The notes beneath the pieces were generated by a model, which was given only the letters and a program-made list of their open reading frames with translations, was not told the DNA's origin and made no database searches. From a virus (taxonomy: Duplodnaviria; Caudoviricetes): a stretch of 54,657 nt of DNA. This document shows positions 33,618 to 43,457 of the stretch, piece by piece; positions within the stretch are counted from its first letter, which is position 1; every line of letters starts with the position of its first letter. The stretch covers positions 1-54,657 of IMG/VR virus record IMGVR_UViG_3300032087_003663. One strand, given 5' to 3'. Made by a program: the position numbers and the translations under genes.

Positions 33618-34066
33618 AGCCTGCTCCTTATCTCTGAGATCGCATCGTCGATACTACCCGGCATCGGGATGCAATCGAGCCGACCAGACTTTGACCGAAA
33701 CACCACTGCTGGTGCTTGTCCGTAGCCAATCTCTGCCATTTCTTGCAGCCACTTCTCCGCGCCGGATGTGTCTTGACCGACTTCAAGTCGCCGCTTCTCG
33801 ATTCCGTTCTCGTCGCAGAAATCATCCACCTTCATGCTCACGCTCGCCTGACCCTGCCCCGGCGTCATACTCTCGTCCGTCACAAATAACACCTGTGCAG
33901 ACTTCTCTGAAGGGACAGCAACCGAAGGAGCAAACTTTTTCCAGTAGCTGCTGTCGTAAACAACCCACGCAAGCGCAAGAACAAGCAGCAAATTCACATT
34001 TACTTTCTTGACTGGCTTCTGCTTTTCTTGGGCAGGCGCAGGGGTGTCTTGGAGGATGTCGATCAC
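33614..34066 (-). CDS. membrane-anchored hypothetical protein
   Basis: 150 aa; TM segment LLLVLALAWVV followed by an alpha/beta domain. Confidence 0.7.
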   Translation of the reverse strand: MIDILQDTPAPAQEKQKPVKKVNVNLLLVLALAWVVYDSSYWKKFAPSVAVPSEKSAQVLFVTDESMTPGQGQASVSMKVDDFCDENGIEKRRLEVGQDTSGAEKWLQEMAEIGYGQAPAVVFRSKSGRLDCIPMPGSIDDAISEIRSRL

Positions 34067-34446
34067 TGGTCATCTCCGACTTTGATTTCGATGGATCGGA
34101 TGCGTTCATCCAGGCTGTTAAGCGTTGCAATAAGTTTTTCAGCATCCACTTTCTCCTCGATGACTTGAGCAGCTCGGTCTACCTTCGGCATCTTTGCCCT
34201 TATGTAATCGACAGCTTTCTCCGCTGCTGGAGCAAGTCCGCCAACCACCATGATTGCAACTAGGCCAACCATTTGGATCGCGCTGACTGCCGCAGTGAGA
34301 AAAAGCGTGACCAACGAAACACTCTCGAAACCTTCCGTATCTTTCTTCTGGAACCACTCGAATGCTCCAACTGAATAAAGCTTCCACGCTAGAAACAGAA
34401 CGAAGCAACCAACTAGAAACTGAAAGCTTTTGTTATTTCTCAGCAT
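34063..34446 (-). CDS. holin-like membrane protein
   Basis: 127 aa; two hydrophobic segments and a charged coiled-coil tail. Confidence 0.6.
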   Translation of the reverse strand: MLRNNKSFQFLVGCFVLFLAWKLYSVGAFEWFQKKDTEGFESVSLVTLFLTAAVSAIQMVGLVAIMVVGGLAPAAEKAVDYIRAKMPKVDRAAQVIEEKVDAEKLIATLNSLDERIRSIEIKVGDDQ

Positions 34447-34753
34447 AGCCCGGTTCTCCTTTAGCGAACTGCGGTGGAACTGACTCGATGTTGAACAGGT
34501 TTTCGTCGAGCCATTTTTCTACAAGCTTCTCAACCATCTTCATTGCGACGGCGAGCAAGATGCCTCCAATCACAGAGTCAAACTTTTTGCTTTCGATGAG
34601 CGTTTGACGAGTTTCCCCGACCGCAATCCTTAGAATCTCTGGTTTGTTTAGGTGAGGAGTAATGAAACGACGAACCGTACCTAGATACACCAGTCTCGCA
34701 GACGACCGGACATCGACTCTTCGCTCCTTGCTCATTAAATAGTTCACCATCAT
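34433..34753 (-). CDS. hypothetical protein
   Basis: 106 aa ORF, coupled; one hydrophobic stretch. Confidence 0.7.
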   Translation of the reverse strand: MMVNYLMSKERRVDVRSSARLVYLGTVRRFITPHLNKPEILRIAVGETRQTLIESKKFDSVIGGILLAVAMKMVEKLVEKWLDENLFNIESVPPQFAKGEPGYAEK

Positions 34754-35301
34754 TCCCTTGGCTTGCTATGCTTGCTTATAAGCTTGTTTCTCAGGTCTGT
34801 CCTCGCATTATCGCTATTCCGGCATTTTTCATCTAGCTTTGCATCGCTTGACCTCGCTCGTTGTTCAAGCCTATCCACGATGTCTTTTGCCAACCGCGTC
34901 TTTTTCTTTTTGCCCCTGTAGGCATTGACCTTGACCATGCCGTCGATATCGAGCTGCTTTTCCATTGCTGACGCCCTGACATCCCCAGTTCCTGATACCC
35001 ACGCGGCGGGATCGTTATATTTCCCAAGCTGACCGTTGTACGTTTTTCCTTGAGTATTGATTCCGCTACGCCTTGCGATCTTGGTGATGGCTTCAAGATT
35101 GTCATCAGCCATCGAAGACATGCGTCCATGTTCCCGACGATTGAAGTCTGCGTCTGTATTCCAGCTACCTGGAGGCTTTTGAAACGCAAGCATCGCTGCC
35201 ATGTTTGGTGAGTTTCCCTCTGAGATTAGCCAGTCGTAGACATCCCTAAGACCAGCGGAATCCATCTCTGCCTCAATGCTCTCAATTCTCTGCTTGTTCA
35301 C
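34750..35301 (-). CDS. hypothetical protein downstream of portal
   Basis: Probable GTG start at 35301 after AAGAGG; GKYNDPAAWV motif; basic C-terminus. Confidence 0.7.
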   Translation of the reverse strand: MNKQRIESIEAEMDSAGLRDVYDWLISEGNSPNMAAMLAFQKPPGSWNTDADFNRREHGRMSSMADDNLEAITKIARRSGINTQGKTYNGQLGKYNDPAAWVSGTGDVRASAMEKQLDIDGMVKVNAYRGKKKKTRLAKDIVDRLEQRARSSDAKLDEKCRNSDNARTDLRNKLISKHSKPRE

Positions 35302-37339
35302 CTGACTGGTCCTCTTGTTGATAAGCTTGTGGAGGTGCATTCATTTGCATGAGCATCTGTTGCTCCTCGTCACCAAGCAAGAACTGATCAATTCCAATGT
35401 CCATTGCTCGACCAAGTGCCTCCATGTAGGCGTTGTATGGCCGCGTGACTCCCGACATCATGGCTTGCTGTATGACCGGCAGAATGTACTGACCGATGTC
35501 GGTAAGCTGTGCGATCTGAGTGTCACGATTTGGCTTTCGAGCAGTTCCGGCTTCGACGCGATATCGGAAGTCTCGCGTGATCCGAGATACGTCTCCCGTT
35601 AGGATCTGCTCCGCAAAGACGTTTGCTGCGGTTACACCGATGATGGGAACCAGATCCTCAAACTCAGCAAGGTATCTCATTGCTTGGATTTCGCGAGTCG
35701 CACTCAGCGACAGCCAATCTTCCACCCGTGATGCCATGTCGTCGGGCCGGATGTTGATGTTCTCTTGGCGATACTGTGCTTCCGCAGCCGACCGCATTTG
35801 TCGGCCTGACATTCCGTACATCAACTCGGTTAGCCCCAATCGCTTGTCAATGGCTTGGTTCACCTCGGAAACCATGCGGAAGATATCTAAGCTAAAGCTA
35901 GGTGCTTGCAAAAAACTGACCATGTCACTGATGCTGGAGCCACTAATTCTTTCAAGGTCAATCACTGAAAACGGACCAGATCCGCTTGTTAGCTGGGAGC
36001 GAATGTTTTCACCAGCCTCTTTCATGACGCCAACGTATATCTTGCTGCCAGCAGCAACCTTGTCAGCCAAGAACGACATGCACCAGTTGACAAACTTCAG
36101 CTCACCGATGCACGGCTTGACCATCGAGATCGGCCACACTTCGCCCGGCTTTGCGTGAAAAGAAAGTCGCACGATGGGCCATCCGCCATCGGCCCAGTAA
36201 TCATCCCAAAACGGAACCTCCCAAGATGACCGCTCTAGGATGAGTTCCATATCACCTGTTTGTAACACATTAGGGGCGAGGTTCAGTGGATAAGGGCATT
36301 GTTCGCAAATTGCCAAATAAACGTAGTCACCTAGAGCTTCCAGACCTTTTACCTTCTTGTCCTTCGCGCCGAGCTTAATGTTCTGACCAGCACCGTTCTT
36401 TGAATAGACATCCCAGTATTCAACTAAGTCGTGCGTGACCCCTGCCGTTGATCCATTTCCATTACGCTTCGCGCCGTAGGACTTGCTGTCCATTGCGGTC
36501 TTGCGAGCGTACTTGCCTTTCAAAGATCCAGGTGGCAATCCAAATTTCTCTTCAACCACATTGGCTGGCTGGCAATTTCGCAAAGCAATCCAAGTGCAAT
36601 CTTTCCAATACTTCGCGTCTGGATCGCATAGCAAGTCTTTATTGGATCGATACCGAGATCGCGCCATCTTGGGACCACCTCCGGGTGGCTGTTCCATTTC
36701 GACTTCGAGCAACCCTAGTCCGGTAATGATCGCCTCTGTGATCGCAAGCCTCGCCTCGTCCTGCTTTGAGCCTTCCTGCTGGATGTAGTTGCTGATCGAC
36801 TCAAGGATGCGAGCATGGTCACGATCAATTACAGAAGCTTTCTCATCGTTATCGACGTTCTGTTGATATTGCTGATACAAAGCCTGGACGGATTGAACTA
36901 TGTAGGGATCGTTTACTACGCCCTGCTGAACTGCCTGCGTCATGGCAAGCATTTGCATGGCCTCTGGGTTGCCTGCGTAAAATGTCTCGATGCTAACGTC
37001 AGGATTCTGCCGAGGAGTTACAGCAATCGTTGGGTTCTGGTGATACAGCACCGGCCCAAACATCGACACCGCCTCAAATAAGCGGTTGACCGACATCTGG
37101 AATTGCGGCATCTGCACATCTTTAGCCAAAAAGCCATCGTGTGATCCGCCGCCTTTCTTCATGGATGCCCACATGTGGTTGGCAGGCCCATCGTAAAAAG
37201 CCATTGCCTCGTCAGCATAAACATCAAACTTCTCTTTCCTGTCTTTACGCGCTGACGCAAACACCCTCTTCCACCGATCAACTATTGGCTGAAGAGGATA
37301 CTTGGCTCCTGCTGTCGGCTGTGGTCCGTAATCATCCAT
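35282..37339 (-). CDS. portal protein
   Basis: 685 aa, helical; NRLFEAV...NP, LGLTELMYG..RQMRSAAEA and Q-rich C-terminus typical of P22/podovirus-type portals; follows the terminase. Confidence 0.8.
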   Translation of the reverse strand: MDDYGPQPTAGAKYPLQPIVDRWKRVFASARKDRKEKFDVYADEAMAFYDGPANHMWASMKKGGGSHDGFLAKDVQMPQFQMSVNRLFEAVSMFGPVLYHQNPTIAVTPRQNPDVSIETFYAGNPEAMQMLAMTQAVQQGVVNDPYIVQSVQALYQQYQQNVDNDEKASVIDRDHARILESISNYIQQEGSKQDEARLAITEAIITGLGLLEVEMEQPPGGGPKMARSRYRSNKDLLCDPDAKYWKDCTWIALRNCQPANVVEEKFGLPPGSLKGKYARKTAMDSKSYGAKRNGNGSTAGVTHDLVEYWDVYSKNGAGQNIKLGAKDKKVKGLEALGDYVYLAICEQCPYPLNLAPNVLQTGDMELILERSSWEVPFWDDYWADGGWPIVRLSFHAKPGEVWPISMVKPCIGELKFVNWCMSFLADKVAAGSKIYVGVMKEAGENIRSQLTSGSGPFSVIDLERISGSSISDMVSFLQAPSFSLDIFRMVSEVNQAIDKRLGLTELMYGMSGRQMRSAAEAQYRQENINIRPDDMASRVEDWLSLSATREIQAMRYLAEFEDLVPIIGVTAANVFAEQILTGDVSRITRDFRYRVEAGTARKPNRDTQIAQLTDIGQYILPVIQQAMMSGVTRPYNAYMEALGRAMDIGIDQFLLGDEEQQMLMQMNAPPQAYQQEDQSGEQAEN

Positions 37340-37348
37340 TTGCGAAAC

Positions 37349-37753
37349 CTACTTTTCTTCAAGTTGAGTGATTCTGCGCTCTAGCTCTGTGATGGTTGCG
37401 TCAAGATTCTTTTTTTCCTGAGTGAAATCCCAAACACCATCAACGTCCATTCTTAAGTCAGGGTTGGCGATCAAGCGGTCGTCATCCTTGTGCAGCACCT
37501 CACTGTACCCTTGGCCGCGAAACGCAACCTCAATCGACCGCTCTCCTACTCGCATCACATGAGCAATGTCTGCATTCCTTTCGGAAACCGTTGCTCGGTG
37601 ATAAAACACCACGATTTGTCCGCGAGTTGGCACTGGCATTTTCCAAGGCTCTGGCTCAACTGGAACAGGCTCTGCCACAACTGCCACACTTTCCTGTGAC
37701 TGAACCTCTTCAACTGGTTTACTGCTTACGCGACGGGCTGCTTTCTTAGCCAT
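37349..37753 (-). CDS. hypothetical protein between terminase and portal
   Basis: ATG 37753 (MAKKAA) overlapping the TerL stop region; PTRGQIVVF motif; C-terminal coiled coil. Confidence 0.7.
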   Translation of the reverse strand: MAKKAARRVSSKPVEEVQSQESVAVVAEPVPVEPEPWKMPVPTRGQIVVFYHRATVSERNADIAHVMRVGERSIEVAFRGQGYSEVLHKDDDRLIANPDLRMDVDGVWDFTQEKKNLDATITELERRITQLEEK

Positions 37754-39509
37754 CTTCATAGACTCCTGTTGGTCCCAAAATGATGGTGCTGGACATAGCA
37801 CCAAATGGATTAGCTGCCTCCTGCCGCATACGTCTTCTCTCCTTGAACTGGCGTACCCTGCGTTGCCCAGGCGTTTCTACTCGCCTCTTTCCCTTGGGCG
37901 CGACGTAGGGCTGTCTTGAGTCTGTTAGGTAGGCTGCGAGATACTCCATGCACTCAACCGCGTGAGTGTTTGCTCGCCGGTTTCCGGTGTCGGTCACCAT
38001 GCCATTGACCTTCTTTTTTCGGAACCGTCGCATCTCTCTGTCGAGATTTGGACATCGCTCGAAATCCACAATGAGCTGCGGACTTCCACCACCACCGATG
38101 GAAAGCATTCCGCGAGCGACCTCTTCTCGGTAAGCGATAACCGAACAACCTGGAATAAACCTGTGGCGAGTTTCAACGCACTCTACGTCTTGCGACTTCA
38201 TCTCTCGCTCATACGCTTCGCGGGGAGCGATGCCGGTGTCGATAGAGGTAAGGTTTCCACCGTGAGCATCAATCACGAACGTCTGAAACCAAACACCGGC
38301 TGTTTTTTGCGCAAGGGCAAACGCTATTTTCCTAGCATCGCACTGATGGATATAAATCTCGTCATACACCAAGTGCCATTTTCCACTGGGTGGTGTCGCC
38401 ACTAGCACGGCGGCAGCAGTGTCATGGCCGGGGTCCACTGCAAGCCGCCTGCACCAGTGGTGCGGAACCTTCCGTTCTTTTAGGTATTGATCAGCCTCGC
38501 CCTTCAACTGACCGGCATACCCTTGGATGTCATGAAGCCCGCGCTTCCACATCGGGTACATCAAGACAGAGTCGGTGACCATTTCCCCTAAAGCACGTTT
38601 GCGATAAACGTCATCGCCCATGCTTTTCCAGCCAGCAACCGCAGCCTTCTTCGCTTCTTCAGGCAAGTAAGGATTGCTTTCCATGCTGATGCGAAAACAA
38701 ACCGTGGTCGGATTTGGACCGCCACGCTCATGTGCTTCCTGCTGAGTTTCAGCGCGTTCAGCGAAACGAGCCATTGCATCGTTTTCATCGTGCGGCAACG
38801 CCGACCAGATCAAGCGACCAGCACGGTCAATTAAACGACCTGCACTTTCCTCGTACCAACTTGGGTCAAGAATGTCTTCATCAATCGCGATCAGATCACC
38901 CTGCCAGCCCTGCTCAGGTTTTGATCGCGACGAAAACGCCTTTATTTCCCAGCCGTTCTTGAGAAACACATTACTGAAAATCTGCTTTGCTCGGTCCTGC
39001 CAAACAATTTTCTCAATCATTCGCGGCGGAATGAGTGGTGGCGAAGGCTTGGCTTCCTTTACGCGAGCCTTGTCTTGAGGAACCCACGGTCGATACACAC
39101 GCCAAAGATTTGTTTCAGAGTCGCGAATGATCTTAAAAGCACCAGCCTTAAACAGGTAATTGAAGATTACATTCCCGACATGCCACTGCTTATAGCCGAT
39201 GATCGCGCACACGCCATCACGCAGTGGATATTTTTTGTATGGGTCTTTCCCTTGCACAGCCCTCGCAATCTCAATGAACGCTGCGAGGCTTTTGCCACCA
39301 CGGTTGCCACCCATGATCATGCACTCAGGTGCATCGCATTTATGGAACTCGTCCTGCGTTGCCTGCGGCACATACAGATTCAACGCCTCTAGTCGTCGCT
39401 GCGCTATCTCATTGGCGACCCGGATTGCTTTCTTCTTAGCGAAGTTTGCATTGCCTTTGCCGATAAGCTCTACAGCGTTATCTGGCATGGACCCTTTGTC
39501 ATTCTGCAT
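37746..39509 (-). CDS. terL: terminase large subunit
   Basis: Walker A GGNRGGKS, Walker B LIAIDE, SNPYL, RNase H-like AVDPG and C-terminal H...C.EY. Confidence 0.92.
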   Translation of the reverse strand: MQNDKGSMPDNAVELIGKGNANFAKKKAIRVANEIAQRRLEALNLYVPQATQDEFHKCDAPECMIMGGNRGGKSLAAFIEIARAVQGKDPYKKYPLRDGVCAIIGYKQWHVGNVIFNYLFKAGAFKIIRDSETNLWRVYRPWVPQDKARVKEAKPSPPLIPPRMIEKIVWQDRAKQIFSNVFLKNGWEIKAFSSRSKPEQGWQGDLIAIDEDILDPSWYEESAGRLIDRAGRLIWSALPHDENDAMARFAERAETQQEAHERGGPNPTTVCFRISMESNPYLPEEAKKAAVAGWKSMGDDVYRKRALGEMVTDSVLMYPMWKRGLHDIQGYAGQLKGEADQYLKERKVPHHWCRRLAVDPGHDTAAAVLVATPPSGKWHLVYDEIYIHQCDARKIAFALAQKTAGVWFQTFVIDAHGGNLTSIDTGIAPREAYEREMKSQDVECVETRHRFIPGCSVIAYREEVARGMLSIGGGGSPQLIVDFERCPNLDREMRRFRKKKVNGMVTDTGNRRANTHAVECMEYLAAYLTDSRQPYVAPKGKRRVETPGQRRVRQFKERRRMRQEAANPFGAMSSTIILGPTGVYEDG

Positions 39510-40107
39510 CCTTCACCTCCGCATCAATGACCTTGTCACTGAAAGTAGGAATTGCAGTCGCCGGTAGTGAGTTGCCCTCCTGGTACTCAACGAGATGCTG
39601 ACGCATGACTTGGATCAGGTCGCGTTCTTCCATCATGTCGAGTTGGCGTTCGGCAAGCCCAAGCTTGGTTACCTTGCCAGCCAACTGCATCATCATGTCA
39701 TGGATCTTTACTCGCTTCTGGCTACCCGGATCACATGCCAGGTATGTCGCGAATAGGTGCTTTGCCCAGCCGTTCACGCCACCAAATGGCCGAAGCATGC
39801 TCTCAAAGATTTCATTGATATGGGGATCAAATGACCCACCGTCCTTGAGCGTTTCAAGAGTCTCAAGTCCCTGTTCTTCAAGGACAGCAAGCCGATGATC
39901 TAGCTGATCTTGCTTGGCCTGCTCCGCTAACTTGGTACGACATGCCTTGCAGACATCTCGGTGACCATCTTCTTTGGACACATCTTTGTGAAACTCATCA
40001 AGACTTTTTCGTGACCCACAGTGCGTACAAAACTTGCAGCCAGCCTTGTTGGCTTCTGCTTCGATTGGGTCAGGAATTTCATCTTGCAAAGGCATCTGAT
40101 CATCCAT
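39499..40107 (-). CDS. putative terminase small subunit with N-terminal zinc finger
   Basis: 202 aa directly upstream of terL; CTHC...EF...CKAC; helical body; VIDAEV tail. Confidence 0.55.
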   Translation of the reverse strand: MDDQMPLQDEIPDPIEAEANKAGCKFCTHCGSRKSLDEFHKDVSKEDGHRDVCKACRTKLAEQAKQDQLDHRLAVLEEQGLETLETLKDGGSFDPHINEIFESMLRPFGGVNGWAKHLFATYLACDPGSQKRVKIHDMMMQLAGKVTKLGLAERQLDMMEERDLIQVMRQHLVEYQEGNSLPATAIPTFSDKVIDAEVKDAE

Positions 40108-40145
40108 AAAAAAAGCGGACGAACCAACAACGCGGCTCGTCCGCT
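40108..40145 (-). terminator. intrinsic terminator after capsid/decoration genes
   Basis: On the - strand AGCGGACGAGCC-8 nt loop-GGTTCGTCCGCT running into a 7-nt T tract. Confidence 0.8.
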
Positions 40146-40174
40146 GTAAACCATCCTGGCTTTGCCGCTAAGTC

Positions 40175-40738
40175 TTAGACCCACTCAGGGGCAAGCTCGA
40201 CTTCGACAAGGTCGTCATCGGTTGTGTTCGCTTCCAGAGCAGTACCGAGTACCAAACCGTGATCTGTGGCAAGGGCAGCTTCCGCCAAACGGCCTGACGC
40301 GCCAGCTTTGATCACATCGCCAGCAGCAATGCTTTCGGCTGTCGCTGGCTGCTTGACCTTGGTTGGACCCTTGACGATTGCATGGAACAGATCGTTCGCA
40401 GCCACAGTCGATGACCCCAGAGAAGGATCGACTACCAAGCAGCAACGATCACCTGCGCTCGACTTGGCGTCAGCAGTGCCAAGCCCTGCGTGACCGCCAT
40501 CAAGATCGACGACAACGATTTCACCGGCAGACAAAGTTCCACCAGTCTTGTTGCGAAGAACGCGAGCAGTAACACGGCGACCAACCGTTCGATTGTGCAT
40601 GCCCGCAGCACTTGCTACAGCAGCAGTAACGGGAAACGTGTACTCGCGACCGTCTAGTGCGGTGTTGATATCCACGCTGTCTTCGTTTTGACCCTTGATG
40701 GTTTCACCAAGGCCAAAATCAGAAACTGAATCATTCAT
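40175..40738 (-). CDS. capsid decoration / cement protein
   Basis: 187 aa, A/G/V-rich, immediately after the MCP; IAAGDVI...G.A C-terminal pattern. Confidence 0.7.
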   Translation of the reverse strand: MNDSVSDFGLGETIKGQNEDSVDINTALDGREYTFPVTAAVASAAGMHNRTVGRRVTARVLRNKTGGTLSAGEIVVVDLDGGHAGLGTADAKSSAGDRCCLVVDPSLGSSTVAANDLFHAIVKGPTKVKQPATAESIAAGDVIKAGASGRLAEAALATDHGLVLGTALEANTTDDDLVEVELAPEWV

Positions 40739-40787
40739 CTCTAATCTTCCTATGAAGGATGTTTGTGATTAACCAAAGTGAAAAGGA

Positions 40788-41933
40788 TCACGCTTCGGAA
40801 AGCGGTTTCCAGACAACAAAGTTGCGAGGCGACTTGTACTTGATGTTGCTAAGTGTTGAGACAACAGCGTTCAAGCTTTGGGTAGCCAGGTCGTACTGCG
40901 GTCCACCTTCTGCATCAAAAAGCTCATCAGTCAGGCTCATCAACTCCATGCAGGCCAGATTGATGCCGAACCCGTAACCAACCGGCACGGCGTTCTCGTA
41001 TGACACTTCGACTCCGTCAAACATGTAGCTGTTTCTGAAGCCAAGTTCTAAAAGAGATCCGGGGGCCATCTTGACCTCAATCGACTGGCGACCATCGTTA
41101 TGGTCCTTCAGTTCGATGTACTTGTTGCGATCAAGCATCACGTTAGTGATCTGACCTTCGATGGTGCTGTTGCGTTGGGCATGGGTAATCCCGTACCGCA
41201 TTGCCTGCTCCATCTTCGCACCAGCAGTTGTGCCGCTAAATGCAGTCGAGTCAGTGACGACCTGAAGGCTCGACCAGAAGTCGTACTGCTTGTCCGCAGT
41301 TGCTTCTGGAAAGGATGAACCAGCCGCTTGTGCGCCACCGTAGTAACCCAGGGAGCAGTTGAGGTTCGCATAGCTTCCACTGGGAGCAATGACCTTGTCT
41401 GCTGCATTCGCAGTACGAGCCACATTAGTCCCAAGGGTCAGTGTCTGACCATTGCTCTGCGCGAGCGTTTTCAGCCCATGCCAAAACCTCTCGTTATTTG
41501 CGTCCTCGCCGTCCACATAAAATTGTGTGGCAAGACCTTCCATCAAGCTGCTCTTGATGCGTTCGGCAAACTGGTCAACAACCTTGACGATTGCTGCCTC
41601 GCCTTTGTTTTTCTCAAGCTCGCGGCGGCGAATTGAGTCAACGCACTCGTAACCACGCCAATCCAACGCGGCATGCTTAAAAAGACTTTGAGCAACAAAG
41701 CTGCGGGCGTTCTCTCCCGTAGCAGCCTGAGTCGCATGATCCTTGTACTTGACCACCCACTGGATACCCTCACCGCCATGACCAGTGCTGATCCGGCCAG
41801 CCTGTTCGAGAAGCGCGAGCAGGGCGAAGTTGCGTTTTGAAGCATCTTCAATTTCCCTAAGTAGCTTGGGCATAGTGGTCGTAAGTGATCGCTGCCAAGA
41901 AAAGCGATCAAAGCCCTGAAATCCCTCTGGCAT
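40788..41933 (-). CDS. major capsid protein
   Basis: About 381 aa; GGAGG upstream of ATG 41933; GGEGIQW.V, DG...GL.. and LGF....FDG motifs of HK97-fold capsid proteins; follows the scaffold gene. Confidence 0.85.
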   Translation of the reverse strand: MPEGFQGFDRFSWQRSLTTTMPKLLREIEDASKRNFALLALLEQAGRISTGHGGEGIQWVVKYKDHATQAATGENARSFVAQSLFKHAALDWRGYECVDSIRRRELEKNKGEAAIVKVVDQFAERIKSSLMEGLATQFYVDGEDANNERFWHGLKTLAQSNGQTLTLGTNVARTANAADKVIAPSGSYANLNCSLGYYGGAQAAGSSFPEATADKQYDFWSSLQVVTDSTAFSGTTAGAKMEQAMRYGITHAQRNSTIEGQITNVMLDRNKYIELKDHNDGRQSIEVKMAPGSLLELGFRNSYMFDGVEVSYENAVPVGYGFGINLACMELMSLTDELFDAEGGPQYDLATQSLNAVVSTLSNIKYKSPRNFVVWKPLSEA

Positions 41934-41983
41934 TTGTCTATCCTCCATAACATGTGCCACTGAAGGCACTCAGGAAATAAAAC

Positions 41984-43060
41984 TCACTCGCCAATTTGCA
42001 TGGCCGCGAGTACCGATTCACCAAAGGACATTTGCTCTTGTCCTGTTTGGCTTCCACCGCTTTCAGCAGTCACGCCATTAAAAGCGTTCTGCTTACCAGT
42101 CCGTTGGTTTGTCTTGCCTCGCATTGCCCGCTTCTGCTGCTGGGCAACCGCTGCTGTTGCTTGACTTGCTTGATGCTGCGACTGTGCTGGTGCTTGGACG
42201 CCCATCGCAAGTTTTGCGTATTGAATTTGTTTGCTTGTGGAACCCACGCCATCATTTGCTGCTGAGTCCATGTGCTGCAAAAACTGCTTACCCTGCTGTG
42301 AGTAAACAAACTCACCGCTAATAGGATCTTGAATGAAATTCCCTGTTGCGGGATCTTGCTGATAGAGCCAATTCGCATTTTCATTGATAAAGCTATCAAC
42401 TGTTGCTTGCTCTTGAGCCTGAGTCTGCTTTTGTGTGTAGCTATGCTCAAACTTGTCAGAAATCATCTGCTCTACACGCTGATCGATCACGCTCGCGAAC
42501 TGACGCGGATCTTGTAGAACTTCTTGCCACTGACGCATTTTTCGATCAAGACCAAGAATCTGCTCGCGAGTTGCCTCGTCAGCATGATCGCTGATTACGC
42601 GATTACCTTCTTCATCGATCTCGATGTATTGATTTGCCCAACTTGCGTCTTTCCAGCCATCAATAAGCTCTGCCAAGGGATCAAGCTTCTGTGGTTCGCT
42701 TGCCACTTGCTCTGGCTGGCGATATTGCTGCTGAAACTTTTGTTGCTCTTGATAGAACTTTACCTGGTCAGCGTATTGCTGAATCTGCGCCTCTCGCTGC
42801 TTATTAGCCTCCACCAAGGCTTGCACTGCGTTGCCAGGATCGTCGAAACTTTGGAATCCAGCATCCTGTAAAGCAGACGACCACGCAGGTTGAGTAGCGT
42901 CAACGGCCTCCGTGCCGTCTTCGCCTTCACCCTGTACAGCAGGAGGTGAGGCGTCTGCTGCATCAGGGCTATTTACAATTTCATTGTTCGGAGCATCTTG
43001 CTCGACATCAGGGAAAGCTTCCTGCTCTGCATCATCGTTTTCTACAGAGTCGTCTGACAT
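41984..43060 (-). CDS. capsid scaffolding protein
   Basis: 358 aa; acidic disordered N-terminus, Q-rich coiled coils, SF.E...AAM C-terminal helix; directly upstream of the MCP. Confidence 0.7.
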   Translation of the reverse strand: MSDDSVENDDAEQEAFPDVEQDAPNNEIVNSPDAADASPPAVQGEGEDGTEAVDATQPAWSSALQDAGFQSFDDPGNAVQALVEANKQREAQIQQYADQVKFYQEQQKFQQQYRQPEQVASEPQKLDPLAELIDGWKDASWANQYIEIDEEGNRVISDHADEATREQILGLDRKMRQWQEVLQDPRQFASVIDQRVEQMISDKFEHSYTQKQTQAQEQATVDSFINENANWLYQQDPATGNFIQDPISGEFVYSQQGKQFLQHMDSAANDGVGSTSKQIQYAKLAMGVQAPAQSQHQASQATAAVAQQQKRAMRGKTNQRTGKQNAFNGVTAESGGSQTGQEQMSFGESVLAAMQIGE

Positions 43061-43191
43061 GATTTACCTTGTCGCAAGTAAAAACGAAAACCGTGTATAT
43101 GGTTTGATGCCTTTATCATCTGGAAGCAATTCGGTAGGTCAAACATCCTTGAGGTGCTTTGGACAGAAGTGGACGGTAATACACAGGTGAG
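43061..43191. promoter_or_regulatory. divergent intergenic region (late operon / HTH operon)
   Basis: Non-coding gap between divergent genes; only a weak - strand TTGACC-N16-GATGAT match. Confidence 0.35.
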
Positions 43192-43437
43192 GTGGTTTTG
43201 AAAGCCAAACAGACAGAATCAGAATCAAAAGCACTGATGCCGCTAACGGATTTGCGCATCGCTTTGAAGAAGAGTGGCATCGTTGACGTACCGCGCAGTA
43301 CAGTCAGGAACTGGTATCTACTAGGAGTAGTTACGCCAAAAGGCAGGGTTAAGCTCAAGACAAAGAAAGTCGGCAACCGCCACATGTCCAGTATAAAGTG
43401 GACACTAGACTTTCTTGATGAGCAAGACTCGACCTAA
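43192..43437 (+). CDS. helix-turn-helix DNA-binding protein (DUF1580/excisionase-like)
   Basis: STVRNWYLLG...KLKT.KVGNR.MSS...LDFL pattern; GAGGT upstream. Confidence 0.65.
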   Translation: MVLKAKQTESESKALMPLTDLRIALKKSGIVDVPRSTVRNWYLLGVVTPKGRVKLKTKKVGNRHMSSIKWTLDFLDEQDST

Positions 43438-43457
43438 CGCAAACCACGGAGGTTGTA

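Noticed and set aside
37746-39509. Intein or intron in the terminase (also checked for the helicase)
   Set aside because: Lengths and motif spacing are normal, with no intein or homing endonuclease motifs visible.
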